Of a stretch of DNA of 64,000 nt, positions 19,388 to 29,245 are shown one piece after another. Made by a program: the position numbers and the translations under genes. Position 1 is the stretch's first letter, and every line of letters begins with the position of its first letter. The notes under the pieces are model-generated. The model was not told the origin of the DNA. It made no database searches and worked only from the letters and a program-made list of their open reading frames with translations. This DNA is from Patescibacteria group bacterium (lineage in GTDB: Bacteria > Patescibacteriota > Microgenomatia > UBA12405): assembly GCA_018902845.1 (NCBI GenBank), contig JAHIPV010000001.1, positions 12,124 to 76,123 on the forward strand. Direction: 5' to 3'.

Positions 19388-20695
19388 GTGAACCAACTAA
19401 ATGTTAGTCTATGGGGAGATGAAGCTTGGGCCGCCACCTTAATCAACAAAACTCCACTCAATATTATCAAATTTGTTTCTCACGATACTTCTCCTCCTTT
19501 TTATTACCTTTTCACTCATTTTTGGACACGAATTTTTGGCATGAGCGAAATCGGCCTAAGAACCTCAAGTCTCTTTTTTTGGTTTCTTACCGCTGTTTTT
19601 ACTGCTCTGATTGCTCATCAACTTTGGAAAAATAAAAAAACAACCTTTTTAGCTTTTTTGTTGGTTTTACTTAATCCCTTTCTTTTTCAATATGCCTTTG
19701 AGGCTAGAATGTATGCAATTTTAGCCTTAATGTCTACAATGGCTACCTATTTTTTTGTAGCCAAAAAATGGCCTGCTTATGTTATTTCGGCCACTGTGTC
19801 GCTTTATTGTCATCATTTTTCCTTGTTTATCATTTTTATACATTTTCTTTGGACAATTCTGGAATTTATCAAAAAACCCCAAAAACAGAACTTTTGGAAA
19901 AAAATCAGGCCTTTTATATTTATAGGATTCCTTTATCTTCCTTGGATTCCGGCTATGTATAAACAAACAAAGATGGTAACCGATAAGGGTTTTTGGTTGG
20001 GCAAGCCTGTACCAAAAGATTTAATTGAGCTCATCTTGAAATTTATTAAAGGTTTAAACAAGCACGTCTATCAAAAATATTTAGTAATAATAGCTGTTTT
20101 TATACTCTTGCTAAGAAAGTGGAAACTAAAAGATTCAAAAACTAATTTTCTGCTCCTTTCCTTATTTCTTCCGATTTTTATTGTTTACATAATCAGTCAT
20201 GTTGCTCAGTCGATTTTTTACGACCGTTACATGATTAATTTAATTCCGGTTTTTGTTTTAATCTTGGTCAGCAACAGAAGAAAAACTTTTTCTTTTCCCT
20301 TTTTTTTAGTTTTTATTTTCTTTCTCCTTAGGCTTAATTTTTGGTTTTTTACTAATCCCGATAAAAGACCGTTTAAACAACTTGCGTCTTACGTCAAGCA
20401 AACTCGCCAGCAGGGAGATACTCTTATTAACTGGAGCGGTAAGGCACATCACCTTTTCGAAAGCAAATATTATGGTGTTTATGCCCCAATCTATACTCCC
20501 GATGGCCCTCTGCCTTTTTATACCGGTACTGCCCTTATGGAAAGCTTTGATCAAATTGAAGAATTGCCCGACTCCGAAAGAATTGGTGTCATGACTAGTG
20601 AGCCGATAGAAACAATAAATCTTGAGTCGTATATTAAGACAGACCGGCAACAATTTGGTTCCTTATCATTTTCTTGGTGGGAAAGGAAAAAATGA
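19388..20695 (+). CDS. GT-C fold glycosyltransferase (PMT/ArnT-like)
   Basis: LWGDE, D.SPPFYY, EARMY, many TM helices. Confidence 0.8.
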   Translation: MNQLNVSLWGDEAWAATLINKTPLNIIKFVSHDTSPPFYYLFTHFWTRIFGMSEIGLRTSSLFFWFLTAVFTALIAHQLWKNKKTTFLAFLLVLLNPFLFQYAFEARMYAILALMSTMATYFFVAKKWPAYVISATVSLYCHHFSLFIIFIHFLWTILEFIKKPQKQNFWKKIRPFIFIGFLYLPWIPAMYKQTKMVTDKGFWLGKPVPKDLIELILKFIKGLNKHVYQKYLVIIAVFILLLRKWKLKDSKTNFLLLSLFLPIFIVYIISHVAQSIFYDRYMINLIPVFVLILVSNRRKTFSFPFFLVFIFFLLRLNFWFFTNPDKRPFKQLASYVKQTRQQGDTLINWSGKAHHLFESKYYGVYAPIYTPDGPLPFYTGTALMESFDQIEELPDSERIGVMTSEPIETINLESYIKTDRQQFGSLSFSWWERKK

Positions 20696-22161
20696 TAAAA
20701 AATAATTTTATTTTTAAATTTTTTTGCAAAAACAAATTCTTACTTTGTATTTTGCTTTTAAATCTCATCTTAAGAATCCCTTCATTTTTTGAACCCAATC
20801 GCTATGCTGATGAGGACATATATTTAAGCCTAGGGCAAAGCTTAAGAAAAGGACAAGTCTTTTACCGCGATATTCACGACAACAAACCCCCGCTTTTATA
20901 TGTCATCGCCGCCATGGCTGGATCTGTCTCGGCTTTTAGGTTTATTCTCTTTCTTTGGCATTCAGTTAACATTTATTTCTTTTGGCTTTTGGCCAAAAAA
21001 TTATTCAGTTCATCTTTCTTTTATAATTTTTCTACTTTATTTTTTACCGTTCTTTCAACCATTCCGATGATGGAGGGTAACATAGCCAATGGTGAAATTT
21101 TTATGATCATGCCAGCTACTATAGCGGTCTTTCTCATTTTTACCAAACAAAAAAACTTTGCCTTGGCTGGTCTTCTTTTTGCCATTGCTTTTCTTTTAAA
21201 AATTCCAATTATTTTTGATTTTTTTGCCATCTTTCTTTTTTTTCTAGTTTTTAAACCAAAAAACATAAAAACCTCGATACAAACCCTTTTTTCACCAAAA
21301 ATAATTTTCATGCTTTTAGCATTCGCATTTCCCATAGTTTTGAGTATTGTTTATTACTATCTCCTTGGGGCAGGTGAGCCTTATGTAAAAGCCGCTTTGA
21401 TGCAAAACGTTGGTTATTTATCTTCTTGGGAGGGGGGTGTCTCTAGGCCGATTTATCAATCTGGGCTCTTTCAAAGGTTAGTTATTTTTATCGTTTCTAT
21501 TGTTCTTCTTTTTAGTTTCAAAAAAAGACTTAACCAAAAATTCCTTCCAATATCATTGTGGTTTCTTGGCGCTCTTTTTGGTTCTTTTCTGTCTGGCCGG
21601 CCTTATCCTCACTATCTTATAGAAGTTTTGCCACCCTTTTGTCTTCTATTTTTCTTCTTATTGTCGGCAAAAAGCAAGATAACTGACAGGTTGATAATTG
21701 TCTTTTTATTTTCACTTATGGCCCTTGGTATTCACCAATACAAGTTTTGGAATTATCAAAACTGGCCATATTACAAAAATTTTATTCAATATGTCTTAAA
21801 GACCAAAAACAAACAAGAATATTGGAACTTTTGGGGTGATTATGTCACCAATAATTTCCAGACAGCTCAATACATCAAAAAAAATACCAGTAAAAACGAC
21901 AAAATTTTTGTTTGGGGAACAGAGCCTTCCATTTATGTTATGTCGCAAAAATCTCCGGTTGGTAGATATACCGTTGCATACCACGTAGCTGATTTTAATG
22001 GTTTTGATGAAACAATACGAAAAATAAAAATCAGTTTGCCTAAATTTATTGTTTACTGTCAAAACAACAAAATTCCCTTCCCTCAGCTGGACTCTGTTCT
22101 GTCGGACTATTATTATCTAAATCAAATTTTTGGAAATAATCTAGTTTTTAGGTTAAGATAA
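20692..22161 (+). CDS. GT-C fold glycosyltransferase
   Basis: ADEDIY, YRDIHDNKPP, NGE, YPHY; start taken at ATG 20692 coupled to the upstream stop. Confidence 0.78.
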   Translation: MIKNNFIFKFFCKNKFLLCILLLNLILRIPSFFEPNRYADEDIYLSLGQSLRKGQVFYRDIHDNKPPLLYVIAAMAGSVSAFRFILFLWHSVNIYFFWLLAKKLFSSSFFYNFSTLFFTVLSTIPMMEGNIANGEIFMIMPATIAVFLIFTKQKNFALAGLLFAIAFLLKIPIIFDFFAIFLFFLVFKPKNIKTSIQTLFSPKIIFMLLAFAFPIVLSIVYYYLLGAGEPYVKAALMQNVGYLSSWEGGVSRPIYQSGLFQRLVIFIVSIVLLFSFKKRLNQKFLPISLWFLGALFGSFLSGRPYPHYLIEVLPPFCLLFFFLLSAKSKITDRLIIVFLFSLMALGIHQYKFWNYQNWPYYKNFIQYVLKTKNKQEYWNFWGDYVTNNFQTAQYIKKNTSKNDKIFVWGTEPSIYVMSQKSPVGRYTVAYHVADFNGFDETIRKIKISLPKFIVYCQNNKIPFPQLDSVLSDYYYLNQIFGNNLVFRLR

Positions 22162-22167
22162 CTTTCA

Positions 22168-22551
22168 GTGCCTCTATCAAGACAGATAATAATAAGCTCT
22201 ATCTCACGCTTTGGTGCCTATTGGCAAAAAAAAAGCAACCGTCAAATTTTAAGATGGAACATTTTACTAATACTAGTACAATTTATTTTGTTGATTTATC
22301 GGTTTAACAGTCTTCCTCCGCAAGTTCCCTTTTTTTATAGTCTTCCTTGGGGTTCAGCTCAGTTAACTTCTGCTTCTTATCTTTTTCTTCTGCCTGTTTT
22401 TTCTTTCCTTGTTCTTTTGCTAAATAGTTTTTTGGCTACAGTTTTTGATTCTGGTTCCGTATTGCTTTCATATTTGCTAAATATTTCTTCTCTTCTTTTT
22501 TCATTGTTTGCTTTAACTACCTTGTCAAAAATTATTCTTCTTATTTCTTGA
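22168..22551 (+). CDS. Small membrane protein (DUF1648-like)
   Basis: LPPQVPFFYSLPWG, three TM helices. Confidence 0.6.
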   Translation: MPLSRQIIISSISRFGAYWQKKSNRQILRWNILLILVQFILLIYRFNSLPPQVPFFYSLPWGSAQLTSASYLFLLPVFSFLVLLLNSFLATVFDSGSVLLSYLLNISSLLFSLFALTTLSKIILLIS

Positions 22552-22561
22552 TATTACAAAA

Positions 22562-23653
22562 ATGCTTTTAAATTTTTTACTCTCAATTATAGTTTCCTTT
22601 TTTATAAGTTTTATCATTACTCCCTTGGTAAAAAATTTTTTTATCAAAAAAGCCTGGGTCGAAGATATTGTTGCCAAACAAAAAAAAACACATAACGTAA
22701 CTTCTCTTGTTCCAATTCCTCGCGGTGGAGGTATCCCGATTTTTATTGCCGTTGCACTAACGACACTTTTTTTTCTCACCATAGACAAACATCTTGTTGG
22801 TATTCTCTTGGCTGCTTTTTTCGCCCTAGTTATTGGTCTTTGGGATGATATAAAAGACATTAGCCCTCGTTTTCGTCTCCTCACTAACATTATTACAGCC
22901 TTAATCGTTATTTTTTCGGGTATTGGTATTAGTTTTTTATCTAATCCTTTTGGTGGAATAATTGACTTGTCACATTTTCAAATAAACTTTACTTTTTTCG
23001 GATCTCATTCAATTTGGATATTTTCGGATCTTCTAGCTCTTGTTTGGATTGTTTCTTGTATGAACATAGTTGGCTGGTCGGCCGGAATAGAGGGGCAACT
23101 TCCCGGTTTTGTGTCTATTTCTGCCATTTTTATAAGCGTCTTAGCCCTAAAACATTCGGCAGATATTACCCAGTGGCCTGTTATTATTTTAGCCGGTGCC
23201 ATAACCGGTGCCTATCTTGGTTTTCTACCCTTTAATTTTTTTCCTCAAAAAATTCAACCGGGCTATAGTGGAAAAAGTCTTGCCGGCTTTTTTTTAGCTA
23301 TTCTAGCCATCCTTTCCGGAGCCAAGCTTGCCACCGTTATCTTTCTTTTGGGAGTACCCATCTTAGACGCAGTCTTTACCATTATCAGAAGAATCTTAAA
23401 CAAAAAATCTCTACTCTTGTCAGACGGTCAGCATCTTCATCATCAATTGCTCAAACTCGGTTGGTCTCGCAAAAAAATAGCCATAACCTATTGGTTTTTT
23501 TCTTTACTCTTGGGGTCTATTACCCTTTTTCTTAATAGCCGTCAAAAATTCTATGTTTTCATCGGATTGTCATTGATATTTTTCTTTTTTCTCACTCAAA
23601 TTTATCAACATACATCTCCGAAACCCAACCGGTCTCATCGTCATCAAGTTTAA
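22562..23653 (+). CDS. MraY/WecA family polyprenyl-phosphate sugar-1-phosphate transferase
   Basis: PRGGG, GLWDD, FNFFP, D..HLHHQL. Confidence 0.88.
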   Translation: MLLNFLLSIIVSFFISFIITPLVKNFFIKKAWVEDIVAKQKKTHNVTSLVPIPRGGGIPIFIAVALTTLFFLTIDKHLVGILLAAFFALVIGLWDDIKDISPRFRLLTNIITALIVIFSGIGISFLSNPFGGIIDLSHFQINFTFFGSHSIWIFSDLLALVWIVSCMNIVGWSAGIEGQLPGFVSISAIFISVLALKHSADITQWPVIILAGAITGAYLGFLPFNFFPQKIQPGYSGKSLAGFFLAILAILSGAKLATVIFLLGVPILDAVFTIIRRILNKKSLLLSDGQHLHHQLLKLGWSRKKIAITYWFFSLLLGSITLFLNSRQKFYVFIGLSLIFFFFLTQIYQHTSPKPNRSHRHQV

Positions 23654-24437
23654 TTTCACACCAACCGGCTTCTTCACTTACTAGTTTGTATTCTTCACCC
23701 GGATTAGCTTTTTTAATTTCTTCAAAATCACTTCCGGCTCCTTTTCTGACTCGTAACCAGCCTGTTTCAGTTTCTTTTATTTTTACATAAGGTCTGGCGG
23801 ATTCTGTTGATTCAGTTGTTTTTTCCATCACTAATTCTTTTTCAATTTCTAGTTCTATGTCATCGGTAATTTCACTTTTAGCCAATTTTGCATCTACTAC
23901 TAATTGAAAACCGTCGGTAAATTTAACAAATAAACTTTTGTTTTTATAGGCAGGAAAAGATAAATCAATTTGTTTATCTCCGCTTTCTATTCTTTGTATT
24001 TGTGTCGGAGAAAACCCCTTTACTTCTCCGTCAATCTTAATAGCAGAATCGGCCGGATCTACATTTACAATCAACGAAGATTCCTCTTTATTTCCCGCTT
24101 CTTCCATAAACAAAACGTAACCGGAAGACTCATCTTCTTTTTCACCGAATTCCCAGTCGACCACTGTTGTACTAAGATTGTGCAAGCTTACTTTTCTTGA
24201 CCATTCTTTGAGTTTTTCGTCTTCGGGAACCAGCTTAAGAGATATTTCTCCGGGTTTTAGTGAGTTGTTTTTATAGGGAGTCATACCGGCTTCCCTGTTA
24301 TCAATAAAAACCCTTACACTAGGATAAGTTACTATCTCAATCGCTGCCTTTTGCGGTTTTAAATTGCATCCTCCCATCATTACGGCAAACAAAATCAATA
24401 CCAATATTCTCTTAATCATTTCCTTAATTATATACAA
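23592..24437 (-). CDS. PEGA + bacterial SH3 domain protein
   Basis: Two PEGA-like repeats; C-terminal WLRVR..GWVS. Confidence 0.75.
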   Translation of the reverse strand: MYIIKEMIKRILVLILFAVMMGGCNLKPQKAAIEIVTYPSVRVFIDNREAGMTPYKNNSLKPGEISLKLVPEDEKLKEWSRKVSLHNLSTTVVDWEFGEKEDESSGYVLFMEEAGNKEESSLIVNVDPADSAIKIDGEVKGFSPTQIQRIESGDKQIDLSFPAYKNKSLFVKFTDGFQLVVDAKLAKSEITDDIELEIEKELVMEKTTESTESARPYVKIKETETGWLRVRKGAGSDFEEIKKANPGEEYKLVSEEAGWCEIKLDDDETGWVSEMYVDKFE

Positions 24438-24448
24438 TCCATTCTTTA

Positions 24449-25018
24449 CTAAACCTTCTTCAACACATCCAGTACTTTTTTTGGACTATCGGCAATTTCG
24501 TAAACCATCTTTTCTTTGCTGGTAATCACCAGTTTTTCGACAATACTATTAATTATTTTTCTCCAGAAATTTCCATAAAAAACTATCGGTTCGTGGTAAC
24601 CATAATTCAATTTGGCCAGCCCCCACACCATTCCCAGCTCAGAAATAGTGCCGGTTCCACCTTTAAAAATCACATAAGCATCTGCAATATCAATCAATTT
24701 TTCTACTCTGTCCTCATAGCTTTTTTCTACGTATTTTTTATCCGATAGGGAAGTGTTGTCTATCAATTCTCCCTCAAACTCTGTTGTTGTTTTCTTTTTT
24801 TCCCAAATCACTGTTTCTACTTTACCTCCCGCGCTTTTAGCCCCTAGTGTGCTAGCCAGCATCACTCCGGGCCCGCCACCATTAACAATTATGTAACCAT
24901 TTTCTGCCAATAATAGTGCTACCTCAAAGGCATCTTTAAAATGCCTGCTTTTTTTTCCGGCCTCTGCATCTCCAAAAAAAGCCACCCTTTTTATTTTTTT
25001 TGTCGTTTTCCCAATCAT
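24449..25018 (-). CDS. LOG/Rossmann-fold nucleotide-binding protein
   Basis: NGGGPGVM, GGTGTISE. Confidence 0.85.
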   Translation of the reverse strand: MIGKTTKKIKRVAFFGDAEAGKKSRHFKDAFEVALLLAENGYIIVNGGGPGVMLASTLGAKSAGGKVETVIWEKKKTTTEFEGELIDNTSLSDKKYVEKSYEDRVEKLIDIADAYVIFKGGTGTISELGMVWGLAKLNYGYHEPIVFYGNFWRKIINSIVEKLVITSKEKMVYEIADSPKKVLDVLKKV

Positions 25019-25719
25019 TTTATTAATTCTTCAAAATATTTTCCACTATAAACAATATCCACTCCGGCTTCCTCTAGTAATTTTATATTATCAGTATTCA
25101 CTCCGCCATCAACAGCAATTTTAAATCTTATTTTTTCGTCATCCCGAATTTGTTTCAATAACTTTATCTTCCCCAAAACTTTTTCATTAAACTCATATTC
25201 TCCGAATCCTGCCTTTCTTCCCATTAACAAAACCACATCAGTTTCTGTTGGTATGTCTCTGTCAATTTTGGTATCAATATCATAAGCCAAGCCAGCTTCC
25301 ATTTCTCCATCCTTAACCATTTTTACAAACTCTTCTCTGTCACTCATCATTTCCACCTGTCCGATAATGCGCGATGCATTTACAAATTTGCATTTGTTAA
25401 TCCACCTGGCGGGCTGATTAACAAGCAAATGGATATCCAGTAAATTTTCCTTGATATCTACATCCATTCTTTTTACCAGTTCCAATTCAAAGCTTTTACC
25501 ATAAACAAACTTTCCGTCAATCACATCAATCTGAATCCAGCTAGTCAAATCCTTGACTGTCTCTAATCTTTCTTCTGCCTTTTCAAAGCTCTTTTCAAGT
25601 ATCGTTGGTATTATCTGTATTTTTTTTAAACCATATTTTTCTGCCAATAATATCCCTGCTTTTTCTCTTACAACCTCAATGGGTACATATTTTACTTTCC
25701 CTGTTTTTCCATTTTTCAT
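25015..25719 (-). CDS. rpe: Ribulose-phosphate 3-epimerase
   Basis: QIDVIDGKFV, DIHLL, VDGGVN; N-terminal extension. Confidence 0.8.
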   Translation of the reverse strand: MKNGKTGKVKYVPIEVVREKAGILLAEKYGLKKIQIIPTILEKSFEKAEERLETVKDLTSWIQIDVIDGKFVYGKSFELELVKRMDVDIKENLLDIHLLVNQPARWINKCKFVNASRIIGQVEMMSDREEFVKMVKDGEMEAGLAYDIDTKIDRDIPTETDVVLLMGRKAGFGEYEFNEKVLGKIKLLKQIRDDEKIRFKIAVDGGVNTDNIKLLEEAGVDIVYSGKYFEELIK

Positions 25720-25823
25720 TTTTTCAACTTTCTTTTTATTTACAAATCTTATTTTTCAATTTGTTTATAATTTGCAATATTGGTTATGTTTATTGAAAAT
25801 TGAATTTTGAAAATTAATCTTGC

Positions 25824-26867
25824 TTATTGGCTATTATTACCTATATACATTGCCATTTCGATCAGTCTACAGGCATATCCATATTCATTGTCGTACCAAG
25901 CTCCAATTGAAACCATATCGTCGCTAACAACTTTTGTCATCCGGCTATCGATAATGCAGGAAGCAGAGTTACCAATAATATCACTGGAAACCAAAGATTC
26001 ATAAGAAACCCGCAACTTTCCCACCAATTCACTTGATACAGCCGCTTCTTCAAAAATCTGGTTTACCTCCTCAACAGTACTTTTTCGTACTAATTTAAAG
26101 GTCAAATCGGAGTAACTGCCACATATCACCGGCACTCTAATGGCAGTTCCGGCAAACCGACCAGAAGCTTCTGGATAAACACCAATAACTGATTTAGCCG
26201 CACCTGTAGTAGTCGGTACTATATTAACTGCTCCGGCTCTGGCTCTTCTTAAATCAGAATGACTTCCATCTACTATGTTTTGGTCGGCGGTGTAAGCGTG
26301 GATTGTTGTCAATACTCCTTCCTGAAAACCAATTTTTTCATCTATTAATTTCACAATCGGGGCTACACAATTAGTGGTACAAGAACCATTAGAAATTAAT
26401 TTTTCCCCTTTGTAATTATTCTCGTTAACCCCCAACACAAACAGTGGTATTTTTGCATCTTTGGCTGGTGCGCTCAACACTACTTTTTTGGCTCCAGCCT
26501 TAACATGATCCAGTGCTTTTGCGTCTCTAAACACACCGGTACATTCCAATACCACGTCAACTCCGTACCTTTTCCAGGCAATATTTTTTGGCTCTCTTTC
26601 AGCCAAAACTGGATACTCCATCTCCCCAACCATCATCCTTCCAATTTCTCCAGCTCCACCGGCCTCCTTGGCCCCAACAGAATAGGGGATACGGCCGTAT
26701 ACTGAGTCATACTTAAACAGGTGGGCGATTCCGTTAATATCCATTTTTCCGCTGGTGTTTATCGCCACAACCTCAACGTCATATTTTTCCATTAACACCG
26801 ATCTCAAAACTACCGACCCAATTCTCCCAAATCCATTTATTCCGATTCTTAATTTTTTCTTATTCAT
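25824..26867 (-). CDS. gap: Type I glyceraldehyde-3-phosphate dehydrogenase
   Basis: GINGFGRIG, SCTTNC, WYDNE. Confidence 0.95.
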   Translation of the reverse strand: MNKKKLRIGINGFGRIGSVVLRSVLMEKYDVEVVAINTSGKMDINGIAHLFKYDSVYGRIPYSVGAKEAGGAGEIGRMMVGEMEYPVLAEREPKNIAWKRYGVDVVLECTGVFRDAKALDHVKAGAKKVVLSAPAKDAKIPLFVLGVNENNYKGEKLISNGSCTTNCVAPIVKLIDEKIGFQEGVLTTIHAYTADQNIVDGSHSDLRRARAGAVNIVPTTTGAAKSVIGVYPEASGRFAGTAIRVPVICGSYSDLTFKLVRKSTVEEVNQIFEEAAVSSELVGKLRVSYESLVSSDIIGNSASCIIDSRMTKVVSDDMVSIGAWYDNEYGYACRLIEMAMYIGNNSQ

Positions 26868-26888
26868 AAATTAATAATAGACCATTAC

Positions 26889-27929
26889 TTATTCCCATGC
26901 TGGTAATGTTCTTTTTGTCAAAAACTCCAAAAGTACCCCGCCTCCCGAACAAACAAAATCCATATTTTCCACTAGTTCTAGCAAGGAAAGGGAAGATTCC
27001 GTGTCTCCTCCGCCGATTACTTTATAAGCAGAACTCTTTGCCATTGCCTCGGCAATTTCTTTTGTTCCCTTCCTGTTTTCTTCGTTTTCAAATTTTCCTA
27101 TTGCTCCCACCCATATTATTGTTCCAGCCGTACCAATCATTTCTTTGAATTTTTCAATCGTTTCATCGCTAATATCCATTCCGCTAATATCTAGTTTGCC
27201 TATCATTATTTTATCCATCTTGCCGGCAATTTCTTCTGTAAACATTTCATCAATAAAATTAGGTAATTTTCCTCCTATCAATACATTATCGGCAATATCA
27301 GTCAATTTTTCCAAATAATTTAATTTATCTTTTTTACTTCCCCCCAATATAATCAATACCGGCTTTGAAGGATTATCCAAAAGCGTCCTCATTTTTTCGA
27401 TTTCTTCAATAAAACTCAAACCATAATAGGTGTCCATACTCTTGTGAAGCATTACCGAAGCAGTTTTCCGATGTGCGGTTGCTATTGAATCATTGACAAA
27501 GGCCTGACAGATAAAACTTAGGCTGGATAAGAATTCAGGATCACAGTTATCTTCTCCGGGCCAAAATCTCAAATTTTCCAAAAAAACAATTTGATTATTT
27601 CTCAAAGCATCTTTAATTTTTTCACTGTCTGTTACATCATCAACAAACACGCTACTTATATCAAATTCTTCGTTTCCATTCCTTAACAAGGACATTAGCT
27701 CAGCGTAAACCGGTCTCAGGGATAAGTTTAAATCCATCCCTTGGGGGCGATCTCTATATCCCAATATGATCAATTTACAATTTTTGCTCAACAATAAATT
27801 TATGGTAGAAACCGATTTGACCAATCTACTATTATCAAGAATTTTTCCTTCTTCTATTGGCAAGTCACTATCAATTCTCAAAATAACGTTCAAATCTCGG
27901 TCAATTTTTTCAACTCCTCTCAAGTTCAT
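26889..27929 (-). CDS. pgk: Phosphoglycerate kinase (divergent, short)
   Basis: LENLRF, AHR, GGSK, GGGDT, SGGG..LEFL. Confidence 0.88.
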   Translation of the reverse strand: MNLRGVEKIDRDLNVILRIDSDLPIEEGKILDNSRLVKSVSTINLLLSKNCKLIILGYRDRPQGMDLNLSLRPVYAELMSLLRNGNEEFDISSVFVDDVTDSEKIKDALRNNQIVFLENLRFWPGEDNCDPEFLSSLSFICQAFVNDSIATAHRKTASVMLHKSMDTYYGLSFIEEIEKMRTLLDNPSKPVLIILGGSKKDKLNYLEKLTDIADNVLIGGKLPNFIDEMFTEEIAGKMDKIMIGKLDISGMDISDETIEKFKEMIGTAGTIIWVGAIGKFENEENRKGTKEIAEAMAKSSAYKVIGGGDTESSLSLLELVENMDFVCSGGGVLLEFLTKRTLPAWE

Positions 27930-28356
27930 ATTTTTTTATTTTTCCAATTCTTCTTATGTGTCGTTCACTGCTGGAAAAAACAGTGTTTAAAAACATTTTA
28001 ACAATTTTTTTATTCATTTTTTCGTCTACCGAATACGCCGACAGGCACAACACATTAGCATCCTCATCTTCACGCGATTTTCTTGCTTGTTTTTCAGTAG
28101 TACACAATGCCGCCCTTACCCCTTTTACTTTATTTGCTACGATGCTTACTCCAACCCCCGATCCGCACAACAAAATACCAATACCTTTTTCTATCACTAC
28201 TTTTCCAGCCACCTTTAGGGCAAAACCCACATAATCATCACCTTTGTCGTATTTATCATTTCCCAAATCCCTATACTCCACCTCCCATTCTTCTAACCAT
28301 TCCTTAATCACTTCTTTTAGTTTGTATCCTCTGTGATCCGCTCCTAAATAAATCAT
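27910..28356 (-). CDS. rpiB: Ribose-5-phosphate isomerase B
   Basis: GADHRG, CGSGVG, ANKVKGVRA, RHIRR; start moved to MIYLG. Confidence 0.92.
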   Translation of the reverse strand: MIYLGADHRGYKLKEVIKEWLEEWEVEYRDLGNDKYDKGDDYVGFALKVAGKVVIEKGIGILLCGSGVGVSIVANKVKGVRAALCTTEKQARKSREDEDANVLCLSAYSVDEKMNKKIVKMFLNTVFSSSERHIRRIGKIKKYELERS

Positions 28357-28387
28357 ATCCACTATTATCTTATACAATAAGTCATCC

Positions 28388-29245
28388 ATGAAGCAAATAA
28401 ACATAAATAACAAACCTTTCACTTATCAAATCAAGCGCAAGTCGATTCATTCCATTCACCTCCATATTAAGGGCAAAAATTCTTTCTATATTTCTTGCCC
28501 ATACCTCACCCCCAATTTTGTCATAAATAGATTTATTATAAAAAATTCTACCTGGATATTAAAAAACTCAAAAAAAATCTTTAGCTGCCCTAAACTCTCG
28601 CAACTCAAAAATCTAGGTATTTTAGGCAAAAAATATAAAATAAATATCACTAAATCCCCCAAAAATAGTTTTAGTATTAATCACAATACCAGCGTCATTC
28701 AGGTAACTGCCAATACGCTTTATCAACACCATCTCAAAAAACTTTTTGAAAAAAATCTCCGCCCTCTGGCTCTAGATTTAATCAAAAAAGAAATTAATGC
28801 TGTCATTCCCAATTCTTTTGTAGGGGCGACCCTTGCGGTCGCCCGCAGACATGGCAACCTGTCCGCCGTCAAAGAATCCCCCGCCTGCAACGTTGTAGCA
28901 ACTGCGGGCAGGCGTCGGAAAAAACCTGTCATCCCGAGCGTAGTCGAGGGATCCCGTCGGAACTGTAAAAGCTCACTCCTTCGTCCCACCAAAATTTCCG
29001 TTCGTAATCAAAAAACTCGTTTTGGATCCTGTTCAGCCAAGGGCAGTCTTTCCTTCAATTGGCAAATAATTTTTTTTCCGTCCGACAAATTCCGCCACAT
29101 TGTTCTTCATGAACTGGTTCATCTAAAAATAAAAAATCATTCCAAAAATTACTGGCACGCTCTCTCCCTTCTGGATCCCAACTGCAAAATCAACAATAAA
29201 TGGCTAAAAACTCACGGCAACCACCACTTTCTCATCAAGCCCTAA
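28388..29245 (+). CDS. YgjP/DUF45 family zinc metallohydrolase with large repeat-derived insert
   Basis: QKTRFGSCS, HELVH...NHS. Confidence 0.85.
   Translation: MKQININNKPFTYQIKRKSIHSIHLHIKGKNSFYISCPYLTPNFVINRFIIKNSTWILKNSKKIFSCPKLSQLKNLGILGKKYKINITKSPKNSFSINHNTSVIQVTANTLYQHHLKKLFEKNLRPLALDLIKKEINAVIPNSFVGATLAVARRHGNLSAVKESPACNVVATAGRRRKKPVIPSVVEGSRRNCKSSLLRPTKISVRNQKTRFGSCSAKGSLSFNWQIIFFPSDKFRHIVLHELVHLKIKNHSKNYWHALSLLDPNCKINNKWLKTHGNHHFLIKP
28802..28970 (+). repeat. Cluster of different palindromic elements, in-frame
   Basis: GTAGGGGCGACCCTTGCGGTCGCCC (GTAG REP-like), CCCGCCTGC..GCGGGCAGG, GTCATCCCGAGCGTAGTCGAGGGATCCCGTCGGAA. Confidence 0.8.
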
